Assembly (NCBI GenBank): GCA_043228905.1 | Contig: JBHGNT010000010.1 | Location: 22,134,001-22,198,000 of the forward strand | Source of the DNA: Azolla caroliniana | Taxonomy: Eukaryota > Plantae > Polypodiophyta | Length of the DNA: 64,000 nucleotides | Reading direction: 5' to 3' | In this document: piece after piece, positions 1 to 14,035 of the stretch | Numbering within the stretch: position 1 is the stretch's first letter | How the letters are laid out: each line of letters opens with the position of its first letter | Notes under the pieces: model-generated | The model's database searches: none | Seen by the model: only the letters and a program-made list of their open reading frames with translations | Told to the model about the DNA's origin: nothing | Made by a program: the position numbers and the translations under genes

Positions 1-491
1 GTTTGGTGGTTTGGCTGGGGTCAGTTCAACCTTGAGCTTCCTTAACTGATTTGAGCTTGGTTCCAAACCGAACATGTTTGGGCCCAACTGGTTAAGGCTT
101 AACTGGTTGCCGATTCCTACTTGCAAATTACAACTCATGACAATGTGGAGTTGCTTTAGTGGTGTAACACCAATCACGCATCAAGATATTCATTGATCAA
201 CCCATTATTCAAGCCCACGTAATTACCAATAAACTTTTACTCTTCTTTTTTAACTTTTTCATGGTTCCAAAATATAGCTTGTTTCATCCTTCAAAAGATC
301 ACAACTGTTCCTTCTCTTGCTTTTCTTAACAGTGGAACTAAACAAAGAAACATGTAATTTCATGGGGCTTTCATGGGCATATAAGAACAAATAGGGGCCT
401 CAAACCTCGTGTAGAAGACAATTTTTTTGAATAAACGGAAGTGTCTTACAAATTCAGGTTACGTTATTTTTTTTGGATATTTTGCGAGTGT

Positions 492-723
492 CTATGGGAT
501 AGACGTGATGTTGATATTTTGTAGTTTGTAAGTTATATCCGCTCCATTTTTCTTATGCTGGATTTCGATGGACCGCGACGCTTGAAGAATTAGCTCAGAA
601 TGTATATGTAAGCATGCCATAGCCATCTGCAATATAAGAAAGCCAGGCATATCATTAATTTACATGATTTAATTGGAACGGAAAAGGGGGGAAAGAAATG
701 CCTGAGTCTTCACCCCCTCACTA

Positions 724-755
<32 letters not shown>

Positions 756-3700
756 ACATACAGATGAACATTCGGTGTCTGAATCCTCATCCATAACTTT
801 CAACGCCCAAGCACGAATCCAGTCAAGGCCACCCAATATTTCTGCAGACTCCATAATATGTGATGGATGCAGAGAAATCATGACACGAGATGCAGCATAC
901 AAAATGGCTCTTTTGACATATGTTTCTGGGTGATAAGAAATCTTCCTGTGAGAAAGATATCCAAAGATAGTCAATCCATCTATCTATACACAGAAGCGTC
1001 AAACAATTACTATATTGAAGTTATCTTACCTAGATCTGAGCATATCCAGGAGAGCTGATGCCAAAATAACTGCTTCTGGCTGTAAGGATACACATTCAAC
1101 GCAAACACCAAGCATACATATAAGCCTCCCCAAGACAACAAAATCTCTTCCAAGGAAGTCCACACCATGCTGTATCTTATCATAGTCTCGCATTAAAGGC
1201 AGCATGAATGCACTGGCATAAGGAACAAACTTGTTTCTCCCTGTACTTGGATATTGTGATTGTTTGTAGTGTTTTGCCCGTAGTTCCATTGATTTATGTC
1301 CCCATCTTCTAGTTTTTCCCAAAGGCTTAAACTCACCCTGTAGATAGGGGACTTCTCTCTCATATTTATGGATCAAATTCACCATTGCATTGGGTTCATG
1401 AATTTGCCTCCAAGGGCTAGCTCCAATAGGGCTAAAATTGGTTCCAGGTCCATACCATGTCCTATCCATTTCTACTATTGCATGTTGCCCATGTTGGATT
1501 GGACCCTTGCCAGAAGAACCAACCATAGAACCAAGTGCAGAAAGTTCTCTTGCTGCATCTGACATTACTTCAAGAACTAGAAGCCTCTGGCTTATGTCCA
1601 TGTGTGGAGAATAAAGTTCACGTGCAAACATCTCAACACTCCATGGTGCACATGCTAATAATGCAACTAGCGCATTGAATCTTTTGTTTTCTGCTGCCTC
1701 TTCCTGTCCTTCAACTACAATATCGCTACATCGAACATGTATCAATGCATGAGCCAAATCTGGAGCAATATTTTCCAGCTCCTCAGGCATGGCTCTTATA
1801 AGCTTCTCAACAGCATTAAGTGTTCTCTCTACCTGTTCAACCAAAGCATGGAGAAATCTTTCAAGAAATTACTGTGGTTACATAAAATTATTGGTGTGAA
1901 ACCTCAAGTTGAGGTGAAAAAAAACATCTAAATACAAAGACTAGATCAAATCTCAAAAATAGAAGGAACTTACAAGATCAGGTCGGTCTCCCTTCCGCAG
2001 GTTAACGCAGCAATCGGTCAACTGCATAGGGAGTTTCTCTCTCTGAAGGTCAGATTCATCATCAGAGAGAGAATATGGCTGTATAGAGCACACACTCCCT
2101 GAATCACTTCCTCCCAAGCTGTCATCGTCATAGTCCTCAAAAGTATATGTCCTCAAATCAATAATTTCATCTGGATCAAATGCTTCTGAAACAGACTGAG
2201 CTTTCTTCTTTTTCTGAATTACATCCTCATTAGTCTTGATCACTTTCACTTCATTGATTTCGTTATTGACTGTAACATTATGATCAGGAACTATTATTGG
2301 CCCTGGTTTCTTGTGTATATCGAATGCTTCCCAGTCACAAAGTTCTTCGATCTTATCGTTCTCATCAAGTACCAGAGGCTTTGTCTTATCAATAACAAGT
2401 GAAAAGGCAAGGGCTATCTTTTTTGCCATCATTCGCACTAAATCCAATGGACTTTCAAGCCTCCCTGAATCTCCAGCAAAACATATTCACAAGCAAAGTA
2501 GTTTTCATAAATATTATGTATGACAAAATCACTAGACAAACTCACACAGAAAAATGGGAAAAATGATCATCACAACGGACATTAGAGCATCACATAAATC
2601 CATGAAAATGCAATATAAATCCGAACACAACAACTTACGACTGATTCCTTGGAGAAGGGACTGCAAAACGTTATTTGTGCTCTCCAAATCTTCTTTTGTT
2701 ATTGACCGTAGTGATAAACCCACAGCAGCAGTAACATCTTTTAGAAGTCAAAGAATTCAATCCCATGTCCATTACTAAATCAATGGTCTAATAAACTGCA
2801 AAGGGAAACATGAACTAGCTCAAAGACATTAATGCAGAGTCCAGTCTCAAAAACCCCATGGAAAAAGAATAAAAAAAGAGACAGTGCTTCTTCATTTAAT
2901 AGTATCTAAAACTAGGAAGCTTAGAACTAATTAAAATCTACCACTCGAAAATCAAAATTCAAGAAGTCAAGAGCAAAAACAAACTATTTGTACAAGACCA
3001 TGCAGTTATGTCAAAGATACATGATTGTAACTGCATTTCCCCTGCCTGAATAAACTTCTCTCCAGACCATACTTCCACAAGATGTTGAATGACTGCTCTT
3101 TGTGAATTCCCTATATTAGTTTTAGAAGTGTGATCTGATGATTCTTTCTCAAATGGAGACTTAAATACTGCAAACTGCAGTATCCACTTTAGGCAGCATA
3201 TTGGCAGCACTGTCCATACAAGGAACCTTTCTGTAAAGAGAGATCTGCAACGAAACAGTCAACAGTGAGCTGTGAGACGGGTAGATACACAAGTTTTGAC
3301 TAAAATAAGAATTACGTGCGTCTTTATCGCATCAAATGTAAGACGGGATTTGATATGTATTTAATATTAGCCAATTGTTTGTCACAACATTTTCTGCACC
3401 ATAAATTGTCTCCAAACAATAACAAAAAACATGATATTTTCAAGTTATAAAACATAGTGCCTCCCAAACATCTAGTGCTACATAGTGATCGTTGCATTAT
3501 GTTAGGTTAAGACATGCATTGAAAAAGGGGGTTTCCAAAACATGTAGAACTAAAGATGTTTGATATTCACATATACATAGATTTTCTTTCAAACCCTCTT
3601 TGTGGACAGAATTACATGACTCAAACATAATTGACATAGAGAATGCAGAGTCCAGCGTAAATGTGCCAAGCTAACCTGATGGAACTCAGATTTTCAAGTA

Positions 3701-6250
3701 AACTAGAGAACAAAATGTAAAGGATCTGATAAGCCTCCTCATCTTTAATCTGTTTCTCCGCCATCTCCAACAGTAAAGCCTTGGCCAATCTTTCGATCGC
3801 ATGAGCATCTTTCATGCAAATCATCAGGACTTCCCAATAGCTTGATTGCAGACAGGTTTCAGATGTGTCATCCAGGATTCCTACCACCATTTGGCTCTTA
3901 TGTACACCACTTCTGTTAATGATGAAACCTTTTTGCTCAATATATCCACGGAGTTTAGAAAGCATTGTGGATGCAACAATATCTGCACCCATAAGCATCA
4001 CAGATTATGATACATGTTCCTTCAAAATTATTTCTTTCTGCTACAACACAGAGAAAATTGAACTTTTATGTGCTACATGCATATGTTGCAAACGAACACA
4101 AAATGTGAATACAGTGTGCAGTGGCAAGATAGTTTGGCAAATTACCAGCATGCCCACGCCTGCAGAACCTTGAAAATAACTCCCCAGCTTGTACAAAAGG
4201 TACTTTGCAGACATTTGCAGATCCTAGCTCTGATTCCCAATACTCTTCAATAGCCTCCAAGAAATTGCTAACAGCTGATAGATGGAAGTGTCTACGAATC
4301 CAGTTCAAGAAAACACCACTGCCAATGTATAACTACTACATTCACAAAACTTAGCATCAACAAAACTACTCGAAATCTTATATAGATGTGCATAGGATGC
4401 TTTAGTAGTAAAGTGGTTTGATATTTCCAAGCTTGCTGATTGGGTCATGCACCTGAATATCTGCTAGCATATTCAGCTGGCATTATTTGTCGGTACTAAA
4501 CAAGCATAAAAAGGGAAGTCGGGAAGAATTAATCTGCATAGCCAGTGCGAGAACCACCCACATATATACATGACATATAAGCAGAAACAAAGATTTGGAA
4601 CTTCACAAGTCCAGAAGAAGCAAACAAGAAAGAAAAGACAGAAAAAGAAGAAGAATGTGCACAATAATCAACAACATTCAGAGGAAAAACGAACACTTGT
4701 CTTCTACAAGTCATTTAAAAAGGACAATGTTCTATCTTTCGTAACATTCTAACTTCATCTACCTGAGAAACTCATTTCATGATCACACCCTATTACAAGT
4801 TTTCGTGCCACGATAATTTTCACAATTACATATATTTTTACTATTACAGCATTCAAACAGTACTAAATTAACCATCTGGATACGGGGAGCGCAAATCTGA
4901 AGGAGCGCCAGGACGAACTCTGTCTGGTATAGAGGCAATCAATTGAACTATTGTAGAATTGTCATTTTGTGATCCTGATGGAAAGACTCCAGAGTTACTT
5001 ATAGTTGCAGATTGCGTCACTACTTTCCTTAATCCACCATCCTCAAATAAACATAGGATAAGGAGCCTGCAGAAAAACAAATACTACGAGAGAGTTTCGG
5101 GTTAATTGCTCATTATTGCAGAGAATAAGAGAAATAGGAATAACATTCATAATTAGTAGAAAAGAACCTTTCAGCTACTCCACAGGTTGTGTATTTTTCA
5201 GCTATTTGTCTATTATCAGCATCAGCATTAGATGGTGTCAGGGCAGGAACTAAGGATAAGACAGCTTCAGTTGATGGTGCCAGTTTGAAGAAAGAATCAA
5301 ATAAATTCACCTGTTCCTCAGCTGAGAAACATGCTAACCAATCTGGTGCTACATCTGCAATGTCATAGTAGTAGCATCAATCGACTACTACTAAAAGAAA
5401 GGCCATAGGGATCCATTGCAAATAGAAAAGAGCTCCATACTATGGGCTGTACAGAATAGCAAAACAAGGATGCCTAACAGGCAGCACGTCATTATCCCAT
5501 TGATATAAGCAAAACTACTTTAAAAAATCACTTGAATCGCATCATGAAAATACTCACGATACAGAAGAATTTTTGCTACGGCTGGAAACAACGAGCTTCC
5601 ATAAAACATGGACTTCAATATTTCCATTGGCTCATGGTTTCCAGATATCCGAGAGGCTTCTTCTAGGCAAGATGAAGCAACCTAGGGAAACATAGAACAG
5701 TCAGATTGTCATATCGATTTCATATGTGGAAATCACTGTTTCTTGTGTGGACAAACCCCCTTTTAAATGTTGAAGGATTGCGCAAAATCCATGTTTTATG
5801 TGGAAGAGCAAAACTTTCACGATACCTGTGCAATTTCCAGAGAAGACGGGCTTTTTCCTGAAACAACAAAAAAATCAGCGAACTCTCACAATTCTTTGTC
5901 GATTTGCATCTAAATTAACAAATATTCATTTACTCCTTGTCATTTACATCTCAAAAAACAAAATTTCTCTTCCTTAGTCATTGAGCTTCCAAATTTATAA
6001 AACGATGTGAAGCCAACCAATAAGAGAAGAATTACAATTATCGATGATCAAATCACATGGGGAAAGCAATACCTGAAGCCCTGCGAAGATGATATGAATG
6101 GAAGAGAGATGCTAGAGAATGCAGAGCCTCTGTGACTTCTTCGGCATCGCGAGCCTCAGTGACATATTTTATCACGCCCCTAACCAAGTCTGAGAGGGAT
6201 TTGGAAGCGGAGGAAGAAGCCCCATAGCCAGGTGAGATGTCTTCCTCCAT
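492..6250 (-). CDS. TEL2: Telomere length regulation protein TEL2/TELO2 homolog (TTT PIKK co-chaperone subunit), 13 coding exons, ~1030 aa
   Basis: Hand-spliced GT-AG exons 6250-6073, 5857-5826, 5681-5558, 5354-5168, 5066-4884, 4291-4146, 3982-3676, 3244-3021, 2737-2639, 2464-1974, 1832-1030, 945-762, 626-492 total 3093 nt, in frame from ATG to TAG. Plant TEL2-like motifs: VAPDWLACF, FSRFCRRGHAD, LPICCLKWILQFAV, LQGISRRLESP, DPDEIID, PYSLSDDESDL, LYSPHMDISQR, GKTRRW, GVDFLGRDFVVLGRLI. Confidence 0.9.
2738..3020 (-). other. U12-type (minor spliceosome) GT-AG intron in TEL2
   Basis: 5' site GTATCTTT (3020-3013). Branch-like TTCTTTGAC (2755-2747) lies ~10 nt from an AAG acceptor, with no pyrimidine tract in between. 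Phase 1; splicing restores QSY-VTAAVGL. Confidence 0.7.
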
Positions 6251-8161
6251 CTCGCCTTCTCTCCTCTTCTGTGGCGAACACGACCCTGAAAAGGTTTCGA
6301 ACCAAGGATCGATCGATGGTATATAAATTAATTATAAAACCCTCGCCCCAGCCTCCAGGCAGGAATAACTGAAGATTCGTCGGTGCAAGGCTTATGGAAA
6401 TCCAACCGGAAGCTTTTGCGAAGTTTCAATGCTCATATTTATTGTCTTCACATTCGGCACGATGGAGTCAAGTCAAGTTGGGGACCATGCAAGAGGTCAA
6501 GTCAAGTCAAGTCGGGAACCATGCGTCAACACTTCCTCTCATGTTGCGCCCATGGTTTGGCTAGCACATACGTATGACCATTATGTTTCCCCCTCATAAC
6601 CATTACACTTTGTGTTGTGTTGTGGTTAGTAGTAGTGAGCAGCACCCACTCTTGCCTGCTCCGTCTCTACTCGAACCAGCTTCAAGCTGTTGGAAGACAA
6701 TATTTCCGTTTTCCTCTCGTTGCTTTTAGATAGACAACTCCTAACTATTGTTATGTGACATTCCCATTTCTCTTTTGGAGATGTTCGTTGATCCAAATTC
6801 GATCTTGCATTATGCAACCCCCACTTAAATCGAACCACGTTGTCTCTCCAATAGTTAGTTGACATGTACGCTAAGACACTTTCTAGTTCAGGTGAATTTT
6901 CAATGGTTGGCCGACACATATCCCCTTTCCTTCTTAGCCATTGCCCCCATGTAGCAAGAAACCATGCATAGTTTCTACCCAAACGTGCATACTTCAATCA
7001 AAGTTCTATGTAAACCAAACTCCCTCTTTTGTATAAAGTATTGGTTACATGTTTATTCAAAATTTGATGTAAAGTAATATTTTCGTTGTGCTTAATATAA
7101 TTTATTGATTATTCCCACACTCCATCCCTATATCAATAAATAACCCATGTGCTCTAATACTACGTAAAGAACTAGAGAATATAGTTCCATGCAATGGAAT
7201 AGATGTTACTCTCAGGATGATATGCTATCAATCATTAGAAATATAAGTTTGATAGTTTAGCACATGCAACATCATTTTTTAATTGCGTCTCTAATTGGTA
7301 ACGAGAGCTTTGATTAAGATTCATGTCATGATTGTCTCTTCTTGTCAATTCTTTTGTATGTATTGATTGATGATTTTCATCCTTGTACTCTTAGTGGTTC
7401 AAATTTGTAAGTCTCTATATGGGTTTGACTTTATATCGTGAATCCTTTTTTCATTTGGTGATTTATTGTCGGCTGATCTGATTATGAAAATCAGTAGTGC
7501 ATTAATGGTTTCTATGTACAAGTGAAATGGATCAATCCTAAACATCAATCGAACATTATTTTCTATACGCCATATGGATATACCCCCGAGCAACAATTTT
7601 TCACTATTTCCCAACATTTGAGCCAATATTTGGCCCACCAATTTCATTCACAACCTCTATTCACGATATTCACTGATGCATCTTGCCCAAAGTAGATATA
7701 CGGAATGCACAACCTCATTATTGAATCTCTAACCATATCTTATTATAAAGTGTTGAAATATGCAAAAATGTGCAAAAATAAGTAGGCCTCTCTCTTGTCT
7801 TTGCAACAATACTTTATACATGTAAACAACTCACAACTACCATTCAACAAGATCTTGTGATCTTATGAAATAAGAAGGATGCCAAATATATGATGTATAT
7901 ATCACATGTACACAATTAACAAGCTTATGTTTCAAAGCAATTCCTAAAAATGATATACAAAGTATACAATCTACTCTCTAAGAATATTATCCTCTCATAA
8001 AATGTATAGCCTCTGGAATATAATTTACTTGTATATATAAAATTGTAATTTGTATGAGGTTTAGCCTCCAGTTGTAAAGGTCTTTACTTCCTCCCCGCAT
8101 CAGAAGGTGCTTTGGTAGGCATCCGGCACCCCTTGAACAAATAAATATACTGGAGAGAGGG

Positions 8162-10069
8162 TCACCAAGAATATGTCCTTCGAAGCACCATGATTCTCGA
8201 TCCACCTATTTCAGACAATCCAGTCATCAAGGCCTGAAAAAACAAAAATTAAGGAAAACTCAACGAAAAGACTTCAAATACTATAAATAATATCAAGTTC
8301 AAATCCTCAATACACATTCTGCTTGCCTACAAGAATCATAAAGCATATCTTTAAATGTTGAGTTATAAGAAAGTACATAAGGTGTTGCATGATTAAAAAA
8401 AGTGTGCCGCATTAGATTGATGTGCACAACTATGAGATTTAAATATGTCTACCTGCTCCTGCCGAAGTCTTGTGTTCTCCTCCTTCAACTGTGCTACCTC
8501 AGCTTCTAGTTCAATAGTGTATGCCTGGAAAAAGGGATGAGAAAGCTAAGATTAAACATCAACAACAAAAACACTCGCGAATTTTGAACCAATCCACTGG
8601 AATTCTAAACTCAGAGATACAAAAACTTTGAAAATTTGCAATATCGTAGATGAAAAAACTTCAAATTTTGATAGATTTAAAAATATTTTCCAATTTTGAC
8701 TGAACAGCTTCTAATTCTTTCCAAGAACGTTTTTGATTTTTCAAGACATTCTAGAAGAAAATATTTGAATCTTGATCAATTTGGGCGTTTCATTGATTTA
8801 TCAATTAAGTTTTTAAATGATATGGCAACAAACGTCTGCAGCAAACACTTGAACACAAATACAGAAGAAGACTAAGCAGAAATAGAATAAAAAAATAAGC
8901 TTTAAGATGTCATTACTCATATGGTTAACCTGTTTTCTAGCCCTGGATCTCGCAGCAGATTCCCTGTTCTTTATCATTCGTCGTTGCCGTCTCTCCACGG
9001 TCTTTTCTATTACAGATTCATTAGCCAAACGTTTTCTTCCACGCATCGGATAATTAAACTCCGAAACAGCAGAAGAAGACACACCTAAGCTAGGATGTGG
9101 TAACGAGATCAACCCCTGAGAAAGATTATTGTGTGCACAAAAACCTGTATTATGATCTATTGCAAGTTTTTCATGCGTATTTGCCCCTCCTTCACGAAGG
9201 TTTGACGAAGGAATTAGCTCATCCTTTACCACCGATTGCTGCATTATTCTCTGATCCGACTGGCCTCGACTTGCAAATTTCAACCAATCTGATTGGATGT
9301 GAGGAACTATGCTGTCCACTACTGAAGCAGAAATGACAGTATTAACATGGTGTGCTATGGGGTCCACTATTGAAGCAGAAAAAGAAACAGTATTTCCATG
9401 ATCTGTGCCTCCAATGTTTGGGTTAAAAATATCTAATCCTGTCACATTTGCATCAGAAAGAAGACTTGACGAAACCACATTGCTAGCACTAATTCCATCA
9501 ACTTCTCTGCAAATTCCAGCTCTTCTCATGAAATCTTCCAAAGTTACTTCTCCTTCAGCTTCTGTCTTAGCTGTCTGTCGCACTACCAGAGGTTCTACAC
9601 GAGGTTGCAGAAGCTCATGTCTAATGTTCACATTAGAATCAATCAAACCAGTAGGTAGCATAGTATTCTTCCAACTATGGTCTCCATTGTCGTCATCATC
9701 ATAATCGTCTTCTTCTTCTTCTTCTTCTTCTCCTTCTGTTTGTGCTGAATTGGGCATATGGCCCATCAGCTTATGCTGCTGCACAGGTGATTCCACAGAG
9801 ATCAAGGCATGATGGTCATCAGAAATCCATATGTTCTTGAGGAAATCGTCCATATTTGCACTGTGATCGAGCTTCTTGTCAGGATCAATCTTCTTAATGT
9901 AAGGGTCAATTTTCTTCATGTCTGGATCAATCTTTTTCATGTTTGGATCAAACTTCTTGTTTAATGGATCATGCATAGTGAAAGTATTCATCCGTTTGTC
10001 TTGATCTTCGTATAGATTGGATTGTTGTATGGGCAAATCAGCATCATTGGAATCAGACAGTGATAACAT
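8162..10069 (-). CDS. Group A bZIP transcription factor (ABI5/AREB/ABF-like), 3 coding exons, ~427 aa
   Basis: Exons 10069-8930, 8524-8453, 8233-8162; probable 5'UTR intron 10073-10249. Basic region EKTVERRQRRMIKNRESAARSRARKQ|AYTIELEAEVAQLKEEN; conserved blocks NMDDFLKNIW and GEVTLEDFMRRAG; C-terminal LRRTYSW. Confidence 0.9.
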
Positions 10070-10469
10070 GGTCTGCGAACAGATAATTGTAGGAGAGAGA
10101 AGGAGAACAGAAGATAGGCTGATGTCGATGAAGAAAACCTGCGGCTGGTTACATAATATGTCATATATGGCGATATTTCTGAGATTTTCGAAAGCGAAAG
10201 GATGTGAAAAGACTTTAAACGGAAATGAAAGGTGAAGAAGCAGGCTTACCCGGAGCTGAAGGAGGCACAACAAGATTTCGACGCTTTGCAGCATATAAAA
10301 TTGTTGATTAAGCATGCAAGCCTATAATTTTTGGTACGATTTGCAGGTGGAATATTGTATGAATATAGATATAGATATAGATATATCACTGCACAGTAGA
10401 AGATTAAGCCGTGCAAATGAAGGAGGAGGCCTGAAAGAAGAGACGAGACGACGAGCACATCAACAGAAA

Positions 10470-10720
10470 CGACGAAGATGATGATGGTGAAGGTAACGAC
10501 GAAGATGATGGAGATGGAGATGGAGATGGAGATGGAGATGGAGATTTGTGATGGAGATGGAGATGGAGATGGTGATGGTGATGGTGTTGGTGATGGTGAT
10601 GGTGATGGTGACGACGGGAGAGATGAAGCAGAAGGTGAAGAAGGAAGAATGAGAGGATGCTTTGACGGTATTCCTCGCACACCATCTCCGATCCGAACAG
10701 ATGAGAGAGAGAGAGAGAGA
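10470..10720. repeat. Compound microsatellite (GATGGA)n/(GATGGT)n/(GA)n upstream of the bZIP
   Basis: Directly visible hexamer and dinucleotide runs; they explain the low-complexity ORFs here. Confidence 0.85.
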
Positions 10721-10866
10721 AAGGAAGACTGTGTCTTCAATAAACCTTATTAGAAACCTCGTTCGCTAGTCTTTTCAATGTTTTTGATTGTAATTGGATG
10801 TGTGTCCATTAGTTACTAGTAACTAACTACTCACCCACCCAACTCTTAACACAAAATCGTGTGTAC

Positions 10867-10904
<38 letters not shown>

Positions 10905-11855
10905 TTTGTCTGATCATGATGATGATGAGGCCAAAACACTGGTACCTTGAGCAAAATCCCATGCAAAGGCTTAAGCCTTACATAATTATCCTCGTCAATG
11001 TTGCTGCTCGGACTCGTATCATAACAACCCAAATGCTTTTATTAACTCTACACGCTCTTTGAGACAACAATGAATATGTCCCATTTGACATTCAAAAAAG
11101 TTTGGCAGAAAATGGCAAACCACCCTTTGTTGTTTGCCAAAGAAACACTTTTGCATACAATACGCGATGCCATTGTGATCATGCATCCACAACATCATAC
11201 ACATCAAGTAAGCCATATGTGATCATAGCTTGATGTTCATTCATTCCATCTCTTGTCTCACTTTTGTATTGGGGATGTATCCTAGTGTTGAGTTGCATTT
11301 CTATTAGCCCATGCATCATGGGGTTCCTATCTCGTTAACTATATATTCACTATAGTAGACCACATTCCAAGCATAGGGGTTGAATGCATCATTGTCTTTC
11401 TCTTTTTTGTCATATAAATAGTTTAAACAACAAAATAATACAAAACCTAAAATGATAGTGAAGATATACTCTCTCCTCTCTCTCTCTCTCAATATGAATA
11501 GAATAGAATTGTCTACATCTAATTTCCATACATGCAACGCCAATCAATTATAGAAAATTGTGCGTAAACATTAGACATGCTCGAGTGATACCTTCCGATT
11601 TTTGGTTCAATGTGGTACTTTGAGTGAAAAGAAGAGAAATCATGTTTGTATATGGAGATATGTTAATATTATTCTAAAAAAATAGTATGCATGTTGATAC
11701 ATATTTCCATGCTTAACTAGGATACAATTGGACTACCTACTCTCCCATATATTAAAAATATAATGAAGATCACATGGCTACACGAGTTTTTATGAAGCCC
11801 AAGAAGTATTGCAAAAACTAAAGGAGGCCGAGGCTAAAATGTGTAAGTTTTGCAT

Positions 11856-12255
11856 GATCACCATGTGATCTAATATATTTATAAACTAAAATCCTGTTAA
11901 GTTATTGTTTTGAGAGAGGGAATCTTGAATTTCCAAAACCAATTTAATTCCTTATTCTCTATGTTGTTGGGATTCAAGAATAGTGATAATGTTCTTAACG
12001 GGGGATTTATAGGTGTCCATTGTTGTTGGCTCAGTACAGTGACTCATAGTATCTTTCACGTGATCACCATGTCATCTAAAAGATTTATAAACTAAAATAC
12101 TATTGTCAAGTTATTTTTTTGAGAGAGGGAATCTTGAATTTCCAAAACCAATTTAATTCCTTATTCTCTAAGTTGTTGGGATTCAGGAATAGAGATAACG
12201 TTTTTAGAAGGGGGCTCATAGGTGTCGATCGTTGTAGGCTCGGTAGAGTCATAGT
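11856..12255. repeat. Imperfect tandem duplication, ~205-bp unit
   Basis: tgatcaccatgt...gagagagggaatcttgaatttccaaaacc... occurs at ~11856 and again at ~12061. Confidence 0.85.
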
Positions 12256-13202
12256 GTCTCATGTTGCAAACATATAGAACACACTTTCAACACTCTTAAT
12301 ATTTAAATACAAGAATGATATGACAAAGCTTTCCATCTAAGGAAGATTGTCTTGAACACCGAAAATGAGGAACTTATATAAATATAGTAGTAAAATGTCA
12401 CTCAAATGTGAACTATGGAAATATAGGCCTCAATATAACTAACTCTTTAGGCTTGTAACCATTTTAAGGGTTGTCACATTGCATTAGCTACTCCAAATCT
12501 TTCCATCCAAATCCTTGAGATGTGTGACATATGCACTCTCTAGGCAAAGAGGGGTGCATTGAAGTTGTGAGGTTACTTAAACCTACTTTAATTTGCGTTA
12601 ACTCATTGTTGGTCATTCAATGGCAACTTGCAATTCCAATGGGCCGAGGCTGGTTTTGTAATAAGCTTGTAACAATTGCATCAACACATAGGCTGCTTAT
12701 AAATCTAGATACTGTAAAGTCTAAAAATAGAAAGAGACCCTCAATTCGAATCCCCCAACAACTAACAAGTAAATGGAGTTAGTGAAAATTTAAATGTATA
12801 TACTCAAATTGTATTGCTTAAAATTGTAATATGTATAAAGCTTTCAAATTTGCCTTTAGAGGCAAGATTAAAGAAAAAACGATAAAATAGCGAATATAAT
12901 TGAGTAGTTGTGGTCTTTTACATCCATCGTATATGTCTATTGGATCTCCTATTACGTATATATCCTCTATCTATGCTTAGTACGTGATTACAACACTCCT
13001 AGTTGAGGCTTGCAGTGAGAGGCACAAGCACTGAAACAATAATATGTGGTATTGATAAACCTTACGAATGTTTCTCCACAAATACTTGATGCATTTCACT
13101 TCTCTTCTGCATATTATATTTTCGTTTGTTAATCAAGTATTACAATTAGAGGACATCATCCAATATTTAGTAGATAACATTTGGCTCTCTCTGTTTCTCT
13201 CT

Positions 13203-13500
13203 CTCAATGCAAACACTTGGTCAAAAAAAGGCATGAACATGCATCTATATGTGTATTAGTTGTCGTCAATTGAAATTACCATATTTAGAGTTGTACACTA
13301 AACATCTTTAGCCCGGGTCATATAGAGTTCAGGGTCCCATAAAATAAATTATTCTCAATGCAAACACTTGGTCAAAAAAAGGCATGAACATGCATCTATA
13401 TGTGTATTACTTGTCGTCAATTGAAATTACCATATTTAGAGTTGTACACTAAACATCTTTAGCCCGTGTCATATAGAGTTCAGGTTCCCATAAAATAATT
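13203..13500. repeat. Near-perfect tandem duplication, ~150-bp unit
   Basis: ctcaatgcaaacacttggtcaaaaaaaggcatgaac...cccataaaataa occurs at ~13203 and ~13354. Confidence 0.9.
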
Positions 13501-14035
13501 TAATCTTAACAATAGGTAATATCAATCACTAAAGGATATTGAGGGATTGAAAATTTTGAAGAAAGAAAGATATGTTTTCTCCAAAAGACCATATACGGCC
13601 TATGGGACTTGGAAAAGATTCAACTATTTACCTTTAATCGTAAGTGCAAGTTACAAATGAAAAATGGCTTCCAAAGCTTGCTTCCTAAATCTAAATTCAA
13701 ATTCAAATTATTACTCTCTTATAGTATTCTTCATGGGATGATAACGAAAAAGTTAGAGGAATGAGGAGGGCATATGTGATGCCTAATGACGATGGTTTTG
13801 ATTTGTGAAGTCGTGAACATCGTAGCCATCGCCCCCTTGAGGTTCTTATTAATTGTAGATCAACAAGTTCTTATGAGGATTCCCCATTTCATGTTAGTTT
13901 TAGAGTGGAGAAAATCATCTCATGGACCTTTGGGAGCCATATGTGTGACTTGATTATTTTCCAATAACAAGCCCTTCTATGATAAAAAGCAACATTAAAC
14001 AACCATATGACTTATGAAGCTTCATATAAATAAAC

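Noticed and set aside
6600-7700. Possible decayed DNA-transposon coding remnants (ORFs 6626-6997, 7399-7647)
   Set aside because: No recognisable motif, TIR or TSD could be confirmed by eye.
8813-10315. 500-aa ORF taken as the full bZIP
   Set aside because: Both ends run into introns; the likely start is ATG 10069 and the zipper lies in two downstream exons.
10246-11062. ORFs rich in SP, IS, H, DG, ME, VC and HT repeats
   Set aside because: Translations of microsatellites; no domain content.
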